Source: Candidatus Omnitrophota bacterium (GTDB taxonomy: Bacteria > Omnitrophota > Gorgyraeia > Zapsychrales > Zapsychraceae). From it: a stretch of DNA of 64,000 nt. This document shows positions 30,135 through 39,323 of the stretch, in pieces. The position numbers and the translations under genes are program-made. The stretch's first letter is position 1. Every line of letters starts with the position of its first letter. The notes beneath the pieces are model-generated. The model was not told the DNA's origin, ran no database searches, and saw nothing but the letters and a program-made list of their open reading frames with translations. The stretch covers positions 89,778 through 153,777 of the forward strand of contig JAJDCA010000071.1 of NCBI GenBank assembly GCA_029261055.1, given 5' to 3'.

Positions 30135-31325
30135 TCACTGTTTCTTATTAAGAATCATCACCAGCACATCTGGTCGGGATACAATAAGGGTGTTGGGGCA
30201 GGTGTTTTGGACGAGGGTTTTTAGTTCAGGGTCTTCGGTCACGAATACAGCCCAGGTATCTTGAGAGTGAGCCATCGCAGCGGGCACCATCGGGACGTCA
30301 GATTTGGTGTCGCCGCAAATCAAATTTGGGCCTTGGGCCAATTGAAGATGTAAGTCTTTATTAAGAAAATCCACAGCATCGCCTTTGTCAAAATCTTTCA
30401 ACTCGCCGGATTCATCCGCATTTTCGATCGTTAAAATAACTTCAATATCCTTACCGGTATCTTCAATACGGAAATATTTCTTTTGAGGATCAATTTTTTG
30501 AACAATGTTCGTAATAAGGTTAAGAAAGTCTTCAGACTCTTGGGCAGGAATGGTTTTAGAAATATCCTGGCGCGCAATCGTAGTTTGGCCAAATTTAAAT
30601 TGCAGGCCGGAGCCGATTAAGGTGAACATTTCATATTCCGGCTGCTTAACTAAATCGGTCAGTTGTTGATTAAAAATATCCAGTTTGCTTTGTTTGTCCG
30701 GTTCAACCGGGAATTGGTGTCGCTGGCCTTGTTTATCAAAATACTCGCGGCCTTTGGATCCGGCATAAATAAAAATATTGTCTGGTGAAACGCTGATATC
30801 GACCAGTCCGATATTATCCAGTGGGGCAGAAGTCAATATCACGGCATTGTTTACTTTTTGCGCAAAGCGTGTGAGGAATACGGCATTATAAATAGATTGA
30901 ATGGAAGAAGCATAACGACCGCAATAATTATTAACAGTACCGTCACGGTCGGTAATGAAATTTCTAAAAGAGATATCTTTTAGTCTTTCTAACCCTGCAT
31001 TAACTTCAGCAGAAAAGTCTGGATGAAGACTTTCAAGGTAAGCATAAAATTCTTCGGGTGAATGTGTGAGAAAAAAAATATCTTTTTCCAGTTCATTCAT
31101 TTCATAGCTCAGGTCTAAAGCGATTGTTTTATCTTCGGTGAGTTCGAGGTGATATTGATTATCGCGGGTATTAATATTTTTGAGGGCTGTTAATGCTTTT
31201 TCAAGAGGTTGGATATCCTCAGGGGCGATATGTTCCTTATTAAAGTGCATGTTAGTGAGCTGCTGTCGATCATTTCTTGACTGGCGCATTAGTGTGTAAA
31301 ATTCAGCAAGTGTTTGGATTTTCAT
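30135..31325 (-). CDS. HAD-superfamily hydrolase (IIB/trehalose-phosphatase-like) with an N-terminal extension
   Basis: Motif I ITDRDGTVNNY (DxDGT), a late GDTKSDVPM (GDxxxD) motif IV, and a ~130-aa N-terminal region of unknown function. Confidence 0.5.
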   Translation of the reverse strand: MKIQTLAEFYTLMRQSRNDRQQLTNMHFNKEHIAPEDIQPLEKALTALKNINTRDNQYHLELTEDKTIALDLSYEMNELEKDIFFLTHSPEEFYAYLESLHPDFSAEVNAGLERLKDISFRNFITDRDGTVNNYCGRYASSIQSIYNAVFLTRFAQKVNNAVILTSAPLDNIGLVDISVSPDNIFIYAGSKGREYFDKQGQRHQFPVEPDKQSKLDIFNQQLTDLVKQPEYEMFTLIGSGLQFKFGQTTIARQDISKTIPAQESEDFLNLITNIVQKIDPQKKYFRIEDTGKDIEVILTIENADESGELKDFDKGDAVDFLNKDLHLQLAQGPNLICGDTKSDVPMVPAAMAHSQDTWAVFVTEDPELKTLVQNTCPNTLIVSRPDVLVMILNKKQ

Positions 31326-31449
31326 TATAAAATAGTATATATGATTTGCAGGCGTAAATAAAGCCTGCGGTGTATTATTTTTTTAGAGTTGTAATTCATT
31401 TATTTTCAGGTAGTTACAAGCTTGCCGTTCGCTTGCAAATATGTTAACC

Positions 31450-31780
31450 TTTAAGTAAGCCGATAAAGGTAAACCTGGGGAAACCCGGGGGCCCCGTGTA
31501 CCGCGTTGGACGCATGACCTAGAATCTTTCGGGGTTTTAGGCTGCATCACGAAGGGTACGGGCAACCAGAATCCTGAGAGATTTTGGCCCCAAAGTACCA
31601 CGTAGGGCATGGGCGCGAGTCTAATAGGGCTCGTTGACAAAACCACAGACCTAAAATGTCTAAGACCGGGAAGGCCCGAAGGAATGGGCACTAACAGATC
31701 AGAATGGGTTGAGGGGCAAAATGGTGGCTGGGTTGCCGAAGAGCGGTGGGGAGACATCCCATCTTTATCGGCTTTTTTTC
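31450..31780 (+). ncRNA. Candidate ~330-nt GC-rich structured RNA of unknown class
   Basis: Local GC about 55% against about 38% in flanks. Only proline-rich low-complexity ORFs on both strands. A 10-bp closing helix GCCGATAAAG (31459-31468) / CTTTATCGGC (31763-31772) is followed by TTTTTTT. Many internal G-C-rich complementary segments. Strand assignment is tentative; the U-tract favours +. Confidence 0.5.
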
Positions 31781-31852
31781 CTTTAATTTTGTGAACTTAT
31801 CTTGTATAGTACCAACTTCCCAAATAATAAACACGTTTAAAAATCGATAATT

Positions 31853-32881
31853 ATGAGTTTTTCTTATATTCAAAAAATACCTACAGTCGCCGAACTTATC
31901 GAAGAAATTCCGATGAGTGAGGATCTTAAGAAAGTTAAACAAGAACACGATAAAGCTATTCAGGATATTATCAGTGGGCGAAGCGATAGATTTTTAATTA
32001 TTGTCGGTCCTTGTTCTGCTGATAATGAGGATGCGGTGTGTGAGTATGTGGCCCGATTAGCCAAACTTCAGGATAAGGTCAAAGAGCGTTTGGTGCTTGT
32101 GCCACGCGTTTATACCAATAAACCCCGCACAACAGGAGAAGGCTACAAAGGAATGGCACATCAGCCTGACCCCAACGAAGATCCCAACATTGTGGAAGGT
32201 TTAAAGGCCATTCGAAACATGCATGTCCGTATTTTAAAAGATTCGGGCTTGTCTGCGGCGGATGAAATGCTTTATCCCGGCAATTATCCTTTGCTGGCCG
32301 ATGTATTAAGTTATGTCGCTGTTGGGGCGCGTTCTGTTGAAAATCAGCAGCATCGTTTGACCGTCAGTGGTCTTGATGTACCTGTGGGCTTAAAGAATCC
32401 TACGAGTGGTGATTTGACTGTTTTATTAAATTCTCTTCAAGCGGCCCTGGTCCCGCATGTATTTATCTACAACGGCTGGGAAGTTAAGACATCGGGAAAT
32501 CCATTGGCCCATTTGATTTTACGCGGCGCCACTGATCATTTTGGAAAAAATATTCCTAATTATCATTATGAAGATTTGATGCAGCTTTTAGATATGTCCG
32601 CCAAACGAAATTTTGTGGAGCCAGCCATTGTGGTTGATGTAAATCATGCCAATTCTAATAAGACATTCAGCGAGCAGCCCCGGATTGCTTTGGAAGTGAT
32701 GCAGAGTCGACAAAAATCTGATCGATTGAGAAAAAGTGTGCGTGGCCTTATGATCGAAAGTTATTTAGTAGAAGGCGCTCAAAAAGTCGGTGGAACAATA
32801 TGTGGCCAGTCCATCACCGATGGTTGTTTGGGCTGGGAAGACTCCGAAAAATTACTCCTCGAATTAGCGGATCAAGCCTAA
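31853..32881 (+). CDS. aroG: 3-deoxy-7-phosphoheptulonate (DAHP) synthase, class I
   Basis: IVGPCSADNED, RVYTNKPRTTGEGYKG, and an overall AroF/G/H-like alignment. Confidence 0.9.
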   Translation: MSFSYIQKIPTVAELIEEIPMSEDLKKVKQEHDKAIQDIISGRSDRFLIIVGPCSADNEDAVCEYVARLAKLQDKVKERLVLVPRVYTNKPRTTGEGYKGMAHQPDPNEDPNIVEGLKAIRNMHVRILKDSGLSAADEMLYPGNYPLLADVLSYVAVGARSVENQQHRLTVSGLDVPVGLKNPTSGDLTVLLNSLQAALVPHVFIYNGWEVKTSGNPLAHLILRGATDHFGKNIPNYHYEDLMQLLDMSAKRNFVEPAIVVDVNHANSNKTFSEQPRIALEVMQSRQKSDRLRKSVRGLMIESYLVEGAQKVGGTICGQSITDGCLGWEDSEKLLLELADQA

Positions 32882-32897
32882 TCGTCAATTCACAAAA

Positions 32898-33203
32898 ATG
32901 TCCTTCGATGAACAACGATATCAATCCTTACAAGAGAAGAAATTAAGAGAGTGGGAAGCCTTGTGCGGACGCTGCGGAGCCTGCTGCGGTAGTGTTGAAG
33001 GCGATCCTTGCGAACATCTTATTGCCTTAGGGCAAGGCCAGTATGCCTGTGCCATTTATAAAAATCGCTTCGGCCTGCACAAAACCCTGAGCGGAAAACT
33101 TTTCAACTGTGTCCCCATCCGCAACATCCTTTTCAAATCCTGGCCCGGCGACGACTGCTGCGGGTATAAACAGCCTTCTAGTTATACTAAATCCATTAAA
33201 TAA
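32898..33203 (+). CDS. YkgJ/UPF0153-like cysteine-cluster protein
   Basis: CGRCGACCGS plus additional Cys (CEH...C..C), the pattern of the CxxCxxCC putative Fe-S/Zn-binding family. Confidence 0.45.
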   Translation: MSFDEQRYQSLQEKKLREWEALCGRCGACCGSVEGDPCEHLIALGQGQYACAIYKNRFGLHKTLSGKLFNCVPIRNILFKSWPGDDCCGYKQPSSYTKSIK

Positions 33204-33601
33204 TTTCCTAGAATTAATTCAACTTTTCTCGAATGCTTCTACAAGAATAGTTGAATTAAATTAGAGGAGTTATTTAATGGAATTAGTATTAGTAGAAATT
33301 TCTTCGATAGTGCGAAAGAATTTGTTGCGGTATTTATCGACAAGGCTCACATCATCAATAGGCTGTAATCCACCTTCGATAAAAATATTTTTAGTATGAA
33401 GTATACCCGATGGATATAGTTGATGCCAAAATTTTTTAGTCGTGCATTGGTTTGCGGCTGGAAGTTGTGGTATGTTATACTTTGTAATGTATATAGGGGG
33501 AATAAGAAGTAGAGGTGTAGAGAGGTAAGATAAAAGAAAGTATGTTTTTTCTTTATTTTTTGCTTCTTATTCCTTTGCTTCTCTTAAAAAAGGGGGTTGA
33601 T

Positions 33602-34156
33602 ATGATCGTTGTTTGGGTAATTTTAGGAGTGATCCTTTTGACAGCTTTTTGGGGGATTGGGATTTATAATGGTTTGGTGCAGTTGAGGGAGAATGTTAAG
33701 AATGGGTGGTCGCAGATCGATGTGCAGTTAAAGCGGCGGCATGATTTGATTCCGAATTTGGTGGAGACTGCCAAAGGGTATATGAAACATGAAAATAGTA
33801 CTCTGGAAGGCGTGATTAAGGCCCGGCAGCAGGCAGTGGATGCTAGTGGGTTTAAGGATAAACAAGAGGCAGAGAATTTTTTGTCCGGTACGTTACGGAG
33901 TTTATTTGCCGTTACAGAGAATTATCCGGATCTTAAAGCTGACCGGCAGATGATGCAAGTGCACGAAGAACTAACCAGCACGGAAAATAAGATTACGTTT
34001 GCCCGGCAGTATTATAATGATGAAGTCAATCGGTTGAATACTGCGGTTCAATCTTTTCCGGATAATGTGATTGCCGGTAACTTTAACTTTAAAAAGGAAG
34101 AGTTTTTTGAAATAGAAGATCCAGCTGAAAAATCTGTTCCTAAGGTTAAATTTTAG
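33602..34156 (+). CDS. LemA-family membrane protein
   Basis: Strong RBS AAGGGGGTTGATATG. N-terminal TM helix, then the LemA signature (GWSQIDVQLKRRHDLIPNLVETAKGY ... YPDLKA). Confidence 0.8.
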   Translation: MIVVWVILGVILLTAFWGIGIYNGLVQLRENVKNGWSQIDVQLKRRHDLIPNLVETAKGYMKHENSTLEGVIKARQQAVDASGFKDKQEAENFLSGTLRSLFAVTENYPDLKADRQMMQVHEELTSTENKITFARQYYNDEVNRLNTAVQSFPDNVIAGNFNFKKEEFFEIEDPAEKSVPKVKF

Positions 34157-34164
34157 GCCGTCTT

Positions 34165-35868
34165 ATGGCTTATTCATTCACGCAAATAGAAAAAGACAAA
34201 ACTAGAACGATCGGTTTTGTCTTTTCTTTTTTGGTGGGATTTTATTTCCTGTCTATTTTATTTATTGTTCTTTTAGTCAGCAATTTTGTCCAATTTCAGG
34301 TAGCCGCAAACAGTCATTCTTCGTCTTTTCATTTCATATTTTTAGATTTTGCCAAGACCGGTATGGTTTTTGGTGCAGCCTTGATCATCGGATTTTGTCA
34401 CTGGCAATATACGACAACGACATTAATTTCTAAAATTATTAAAGTGCTGCAAGCTGAGCCTTTGGATCCAAAGGATACTTATCACCAAGTGTTTCAGAAT
34501 ATTATTGAGGAAGTGTCTGTGGCTACAGGCGGACAAAAAATGCAGGGAGTTGTGCTTCCCACGATGGCAATGAATGCCTTTGCGATCGCAGATTTTAAAG
34601 GGCAGGCGATTATCGGAGTTACCGAAGGTATGCTGGCAAGGTTATCACGGGCACAGTTAGAAGCTGTTGTCGGACATGAGGCAGCGCATATTGTCTCCGG
34701 AGATAGTTTGATTACGAGTGTCACTACGTCCTTGTTTGAAATGTACAGTGGTATGTTAGAAGGTATTGCACACGTATTGAAAAGCACGACGCAAGCCTCT
34801 TCGCGGGGACGTGGACGCGGCAGTGGCGGTATTTTAGTATTGCTCGTTTTGATTTATTGTTTGTTGTCGATCACAAAATTGATGAGTCAGCTTTTGCGCA
34901 TGTTTCTTTCTAGAGAAAAACATTATCGTGCTGACGCGGTCGCAGTGCGTCTAACGCGCGATCCTTTAAGCCTGGCCGAAGCCTTGTATGCGATAGTGCA
35001 TCATTGGCGAGGTGCCGGTCTTCCTGCCGAGGAATTAGAAGCGATTTTTATTGTGAATCCTGCATTTCTTGATAGAGATGAAAAGACTGGTTTATTAGCA
35101 GATTTATTTTCCACACACCCTCCGTTACAACGCCGGTTACAGATTTTATTAAATATGGCGCATAGCGATATTCAGATCGTTGTGAATAAAGTCAAAAATA
35201 TGAAACAGAAGCCGAGGGTAGCTGTACCCGAGGCTAAAGTAAATTCTACACAATGGATGGTGAATAAAGAAGGACAGTGGCAAGGCCCGTTTGATATTGT
35301 TCAGATGATGTCTTTTGGCTGGGTTCAGCCGGAGACGTGGATACAGCGTGTTGGCGGCGGTGAAGCGAGTGTCCAAATGGCATATCAAGATAAAGATGTC
35401 GGTGTTCAGATTGCAAAAGGAAAAGTTGACGGAGGGGGAGTAGGAAGAGATCAATGTCCTAAATGTCGTACGACACTAAATACGGTGATCTACGAAGGTT
35501 TAGAAATTCAAAAATGTCATTGTTGCCAAGGCGTGCTTCTTTATGAAAAAGATGTGCAGAAAATTATCGTGCGGCAAGAAGTTGGATTTTCGCCAAGGAT
35601 CGTCAAAATAGCGGAAGGTGTGAAAAAAGAAAGTAACATGATTAGAAAAGGAGCGGCGCGAGGTCAACCCCGAATGGATGCAAAGAGTTTATATGATTGC
35701 CCAGAATGCACTGACTTTAAACGAAAAATGCTGAGGGTATTTTATAGTGACCTTTATCGTATTGAAATTGATAAATGTCTCTATTGTAAACGCATGTGGT
35801 TTGATAAAGATGAATTAGAAATTCTTCAATGCCTTATTGAAGATAAGGTTAATCAGCAGAGAAAATAA
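34165..35868 (+). CDS. M48-family zinc metalloprotease with C-terminal GYF-like (DUF4339) and two zinc-ribbon domains
   Basis: Multiple TM helices. HEAAH zinc motif (VGHEAAHIVSGD). A WMVNKEGQWQGPFDIVQM GYF-like segment. CPKCRT...CHCC and CPECTD...CLYCKRMWFD ribbons. Classic LemA-M48 neighbourhood. Confidence 0.75.
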   Translation: MAYSFTQIEKDKTRTIGFVFSFLVGFYFLSILFIVLLVSNFVQFQVAANSHSSSFHFIFLDFAKTGMVFGAALIIGFCHWQYTTTTLISKIIKVLQAEPLDPKDTYHQVFQNIIEEVSVATGGQKMQGVVLPTMAMNAFAIADFKGQAIIGVTEGMLARLSRAQLEAVVGHEAAHIVSGDSLITSVTTSLFEMYSGMLEGIAHVLKSTTQASSRGRGRGSGGILVLLVLIYCLLSITKLMSQLLRMFLSREKHYRADAVAVRLTRDPLSLAEALYAIVHHWRGAGLPAEELEAIFIVNPAFLDRDEKTGLLADLFSTHPPLQRRLQILLNMAHSDIQIVVNKVKNMKQKPRVAVPEAKVNSTQWMVNKEGQWQGPFDIVQMMSFGWVQPETWIQRVGGGEASVQMAYQDKDVGVQIAKGKVDGGGVGRDQCPKCRTTLNTVIYEGLEIQKCHCCQGVLLYEKDVQKIIVRQEVGFSPRIVKIAEGVKKESNMIRKGAARGQPRMDAKSLYDCPECTDFKRKMLRVFYSDLYRIEIDKCLYCKRMWFDKDELEILQCLIEDKVNQQRK

Positions 35869-35904
35869 TGGCGTATTCATGGTTATCTTATTTTTTGAAT
35901 CGCC

Positions 35905-35934
35905 AAGTTTGACGAGTTTACAATCGTCAAACTT
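35905..35934. repeat. 11-bp perfect inverted repeat AAGTTTGACGA / TCGTCAAACTT
   Basis: Arms separated by 8 nt. A third partial copy, CTTGACGA, follows immediately. Lies 37 nt after the M48 peptidase stop, with no T-tract. Confidence 0.6.
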
Positions 35935-36218
35935 GACGATTATTCATAAATATATTAAATATAAATGGTTATGTTAAATATTTATAGCTTGAGGTTTAGG
36001 TTATATTTTTTACCGCATAGGAAATTATAAAATTTTCTATCGGTAGCAAGAATGTGACTTAGGGTATCTCCGTAGGCGATTTTCTTGAATAAAAGACGAG
36101 AATATACACCTCAAAGAAATGACCAGATAATGGATTTTTTTGATTTGGATAGCGCTTTACTTTTGGTTTTGCTATAATCTTAGAAATTTAATTTATAAAT
36201 AATAAACGGATAGTATGA

Positions 36219-37358
36219 ATGAGGGTAACAATACAACCTAAAATGTTACGCTGGGCTGTTGAACGTTCTGGCAAAACAAGTGAAAATATTTCAAAAAAAT
36301 TCCCAAAGTACGATTTTTGGTGCCGTGGTGAAGTAAATCCAACGTTTAAACAATTAGAGAATTTTGCTAAAAGTACTTATACTTCAATAGGCTTCTTTTT
36401 TCTTCAGAATCCACCTGTTGAAAATGTTCCTATACCTGATTTTCGCACCGTTGGTAATAATTCCATTGGTCAACCAAGTCCAGATTTGCTTGATACTATT
36501 TACATGTGTCAACAACGACAAGAGTGGTACCGAAATTATCTACGTTCAATTGGGGGGCAGGTTTGTCTTTTTGTTGGCTCTGCTAAGAAAACAAATAAAG
36601 TCAAAAAGATTGCTGCTGACATAAGGGATGCACTTGGATTTAATATCGAAGAACGTCGACAAATGAAAACATGGACTGATGCCTTACGAGGTTTTATCGA
36701 ACAAGCGGATAATCTTGGTATTTTAGTAATGGTTAACGGTGTGGTTGGTAATAACAATACACGTAAGCTTGACCCACAAGAATTTCGAGGTTTTGCTTTA
36801 GCTGACCATATGGCACCGCTTGTTTTTATTAATGGCGCTGATACTAAAGCTGCTCAAATGTTTACACTTGCTCATGAATTAGCACATATTTGGCTTGGGC
36901 AATCTGGAGTTTCTGATGCTCAGGCTGTGCAAATACCAGAAAACAGCATTGAACAATGGTGTAATCTTGTGGCCGCTGAATTGTTGGTGCCGCTTGATAT
37001 GGTAAAGAAGGAATATCAAAAAAATAATCTGTTAAAGGATGAGTCTAGCCGTCTTGCTCGATATTTTAAAGTTAGCACCTTAGTTGTTCTTCGTCGGATT
37101 TATGATTCCGGTGGACTCACAAAAGATCAATTTTGGCAGGCTTATCATGAAGAAATAGAGAGGTTGACAACTCTTAAATCTGGAACTGGTGGAAACTTTT
37201 ATTTGACACAAGCCGCTCGTGTCAGTAAACGTTTTGCGCGTGCTCTTGTTGTTAGCACGCTTGAAGGGCAAACTTTGCATCGTGATGCTTTTCGTATGCT
37301 TGGATTTTCAAAACTTGAAACTTTTAAAGACCTTGGACGAAGTTTGGGGGTTAATTGA
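36219..37358 (+). CDS. HTH (XRE-like) / ImmA-IrrE family zinc metallopeptidase fusion (COG2856-like)
   Basis: An N-terminal HTH-like region (MLRWAVERSGKTSENISKK), then a HEXXH motif LAHELAHIWLGQSG, typical of the ImmA/IrrE peptidase domain. Confidence 0.7.
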   Translation: MRVTIQPKMLRWAVERSGKTSENISKKFPKYDFWCRGEVNPTFKQLENFAKSTYTSIGFFFLQNPPVENVPIPDFRTVGNNSIGQPSPDLLDTIYMCQQRQEWYRNYLRSIGGQVCLFVGSAKKTNKVKKIAADIRDALGFNIEERRQMKTWTDALRGFIEQADNLGILVMVNGVVGNNNTRKLDPQEFRGFALADHMAPLVFINGADTKAAQMFTLAHELAHIWLGQSGVSDAQAVQIPENSIEQWCNLVAAELLVPLDMVKKEYQKNNLLKDESSRLARYFKVSTLVVLRRIYDSGGLTKDQFWQAYHEEIERLTTLKSGTGGNFYLTQAARVSKRFARALVVSTLEGQTLHRDAFRMLGFSKLETFKDLGRSLGVN

Positions 37359-37861
37359 TGGTATATTTGCTTGATGCTAATGTTTTTATACAGGCAAAAA
37401 ATCTCCATTATGGACTTGATTTTTGTCCAGCATTTTGGGAGTGGTTGATACAGAGAAATCAAGAAAAGAAAATATTCAGCATTGAGAAAGTCGGAGATGA
37501 GATTGATGCTGGAGGGGATGAGCTTTCTGACTGGGCTATCAAGCGTGGGCCAGGTTTTTTTCTTTATCCAGATGAAAGGATTCTTTCCGTGCTTGGGCAG
37601 GTTAGTGCTTGGGTTACAAATCAAAACTATGAACCTGCTGCTATCAATACATTTCTTCAAAATGCAGATTATTATATTGTGGCCCACGCTCTTGCGCATG
37701 GATATGCGGTTGTAACTCATGAGGTTGCTGCTGCCAGCACAAAAATAATAAAAATTCCAAATGCCTGTATTGGTCTTGGGGTTAAATGTATGACACCGTT
37801 TGAAATGCTGCGTCATGAAAAAGCACGTTTTGTGTTAGCAGGGCGTTTGCATAGTCGATAA
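37358..37861 (+). CDS. DUF4411-family (PIN-like) protein
   Basis: MVYLLDANVFIQAKNLHYGLDFCPAFWEWL matches the DUF4411 N-terminal signature. Translationally coupled (ATGATGG) to the upstream ImmA/IrrE gene. Confidence 0.55.
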   Translation: MVYLLDANVFIQAKNLHYGLDFCPAFWEWLIQRNQEKKIFSIEKVGDEIDAGGDELSDWAIKRGPGFFLYPDERILSVLGQVSAWVTNQNYEPAAINTFLQNADYYIVAHALAHGYAVVTHEVAAASTKIIKIPNACIGLGVKCMTPFEMLRHEKARFVLAGRLHSR

Positions 37862-37884
37862 TAAATATATTACAATATTCCACT

Positions 37885-38184
37885 ATGAGTGAAAAATTTA
37901 TTCGGGTTTATAAAAAATATGATGTGAGCAAGATTAAGCCGCATTTGATGATTTATGGGGATTTATCGGCTAGTTGTGCCAATTGCAATCATATGGGGGT
38001 TAAGCTTGAGAATGTGCATTGTCCGGAGTGCAATACAGAGTTTAAGTATATTTCTTTCCGTAATATTCGAGTCCACATGCCAAAATTACAAAAACTCATC
38101 GAACAGCGTCCTGTGGCCATCGTTGATTATGATGACTATCAGAAAAATGTCGGCGCTTCCAAAGCAGAGGATTTCTTTAAATGA
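37885..38184 (+). CDS. Small zinc-ribbon protein, hypothetical
   Basis: CANCNH...CPECN, four Cys in a ribbon arrangement. Overlaps the downstream start. No family recognised. Confidence 0.3.
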   Translation: MSEKFIRVYKKYDVSKIKPHLMIYGDLSASCANCNHMGVKLENVHCPECNTEFKYISFRNIRVHMPKLQKLIEQRPVAIVDYDDYQKNVGASKAEDFFK

Positions 38185-39323
38185 TTGATAAAAAACGTTT
38201 GATCACTTTAACTCAAAAAGTGATTGGGATTAATTCTGAAAACCCGCCGGGCAATGAATTAGCTTTGGCCAAATTTATTGAGCGCGATATGAAGGCGCTT
38301 GGCCTTGAGGTGAAGACGTATACGTATGCGAAAAATCGTCCGAATATTGTAGCCACGCTTAGAGGGACTCTTTCAAGGCGAGAGGCGGCCAAACAAGCCA
38401 TTCTTATTACGCCGCATTTTGATACTGTCCCTATCGGACAAGGATGGAAATATGATCCGCTTGGCGGTGAAGTCGTCAACGGCAAGCTGTACGGTCGTGG
38501 TGCTACAGATGATAAGGGGAACTTGGCGAGTTGTATGGAAGTGATGCGGAGTTTGGTTGAGGATAAGGTTCAGTTAAAAAAAGATGTGGTGATGGCAGCG
38601 ACCGTGGATGAAGAGACGGGAAGCCACGAGGGTATTATCCCTTTATTGGATAAAAAGGTGTTGAAGCCAGGGTTTGCCTTGGTGATGGATTCAACGGAAT
38701 TTGACGCGGTGACGGCCCAAAAAGGATTGATTCACGGGCGTATTCAAATTTTTGGTAAGAAGGCGCACGGTGCGTACAATTGGCGTGGTGTGAGTGCGAT
38801 TGAACTTGCCGCCAAGGTGATTACAAAACTTAAGCAGATAAAGTTCCCCCACAAAAAACACAGTTTATTGCACGGGCCGACGATGAATATCGGCGTCATT
38901 CAGGGGGGCGATAAGGTGAATATGGTGTGCGACCTTTGTGAGTTTGCCTTTGATATGCGCTTTATGCCGGGAATGAATTCAGCCAGTGTTTTAAAGAAGA
39001 TGAAAGAGGTTATAAAAAGTGTGACGCCAAAATTTAAGTTAGAACTCGATGATGTACAATTGCCTTATGAAATCAATCGGGATGATTCACGCGTTAAATT
39101 GTATTTAGAAATTGCACGTCAAATGGGAAATCAGGCGGTTGTCAAAGGGAGTGAAGGCGCGACCGTGATTACTTTATTTAAGAAACATAAAATTCCGGCC
39201 TTTGCCACAGGATTTGGGGCACACGGCACAGCGCACACGAATGATGAATATATTTTCGTCAAATCTCTTTATCGGGGAACACAAGTATTGGAAGAGTTTA
39301 TTAAACAATACGATCTTTTATGA
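38181..39323 (+). CDS. M20-family metallopeptidase (ArgE/DapE-like deacylase)
   Basis: ITPHFDTVP metal-ligand His/Asp, GRGATDDKG, and a dimerisation domain; about 380 aa. Confidence 0.8.
   Translation: MIDKKRLITLTQKVIGINSENPPGNELALAKFIERDMKALGLEVKTYTYAKNRPNIVATLRGTLSRREAAKQAILITPHFDTVPIGQGWKYDPLGGEVVNGKLYGRGATDDKGNLASCMEVMRSLVEDKVQLKKDVVMAATVDEETGSHEGIIPLLDKKVLKPGFALVMDSTEFDAVTAQKGLIHGRIQIFGKKAHGAYNWRGVSAIELAAKVITKLKQIKFPHKKHSLLHGPTMNIGVIQGGDKVNMVCDLCEFAFDMRFMPGMNSASVLKKMKEVIKSVTPKFKLELDDVQLPYEINRDDSRVKLYLEIARQMGNQAVVKGSEGATVITLFKKHKIPAFATGFGAHGTAHTNDEYIFVKSLYRGTQVLEEFIKQYDLL

Noticed and set aside
31450-31780. RNase P RNA or tmRNA identity for the structured RNA
   Set aside because: A long-range closing helix is present, but neither strand contains the GGAAAGUCCGGGC / ACAGAANCCGGCUUA P4 boxes, GGUAAGAGCGCACC, or a tRNA-like acceptor/T-arm with CCA end. 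SRP domain IV and the T-box AGGGUGGNACCGCG box also give no convincing match.
31383-31794. ORFs of 124 aa (-) and 61 aa (+) in the GC-rich block
   Set aside because: Proline/glycine-rich low-complexity translations on both strands are the typical artefact of GC-rich non-coding RNA in an AT-rich genome. No RBS and no recognisable domain.
33277-33420. Possible about 45-aa minus-strand small ORF in the 340-bp gap before the LemA gene
   Set aside because: No in-frame ATG/GTG/TTG start with an RBS could be found, and the translation (…ILHTKNIFIEGGLQPIDDVSLVDKYRNKFFRTIEE…) matches nothing I recognise. Left unannotated.
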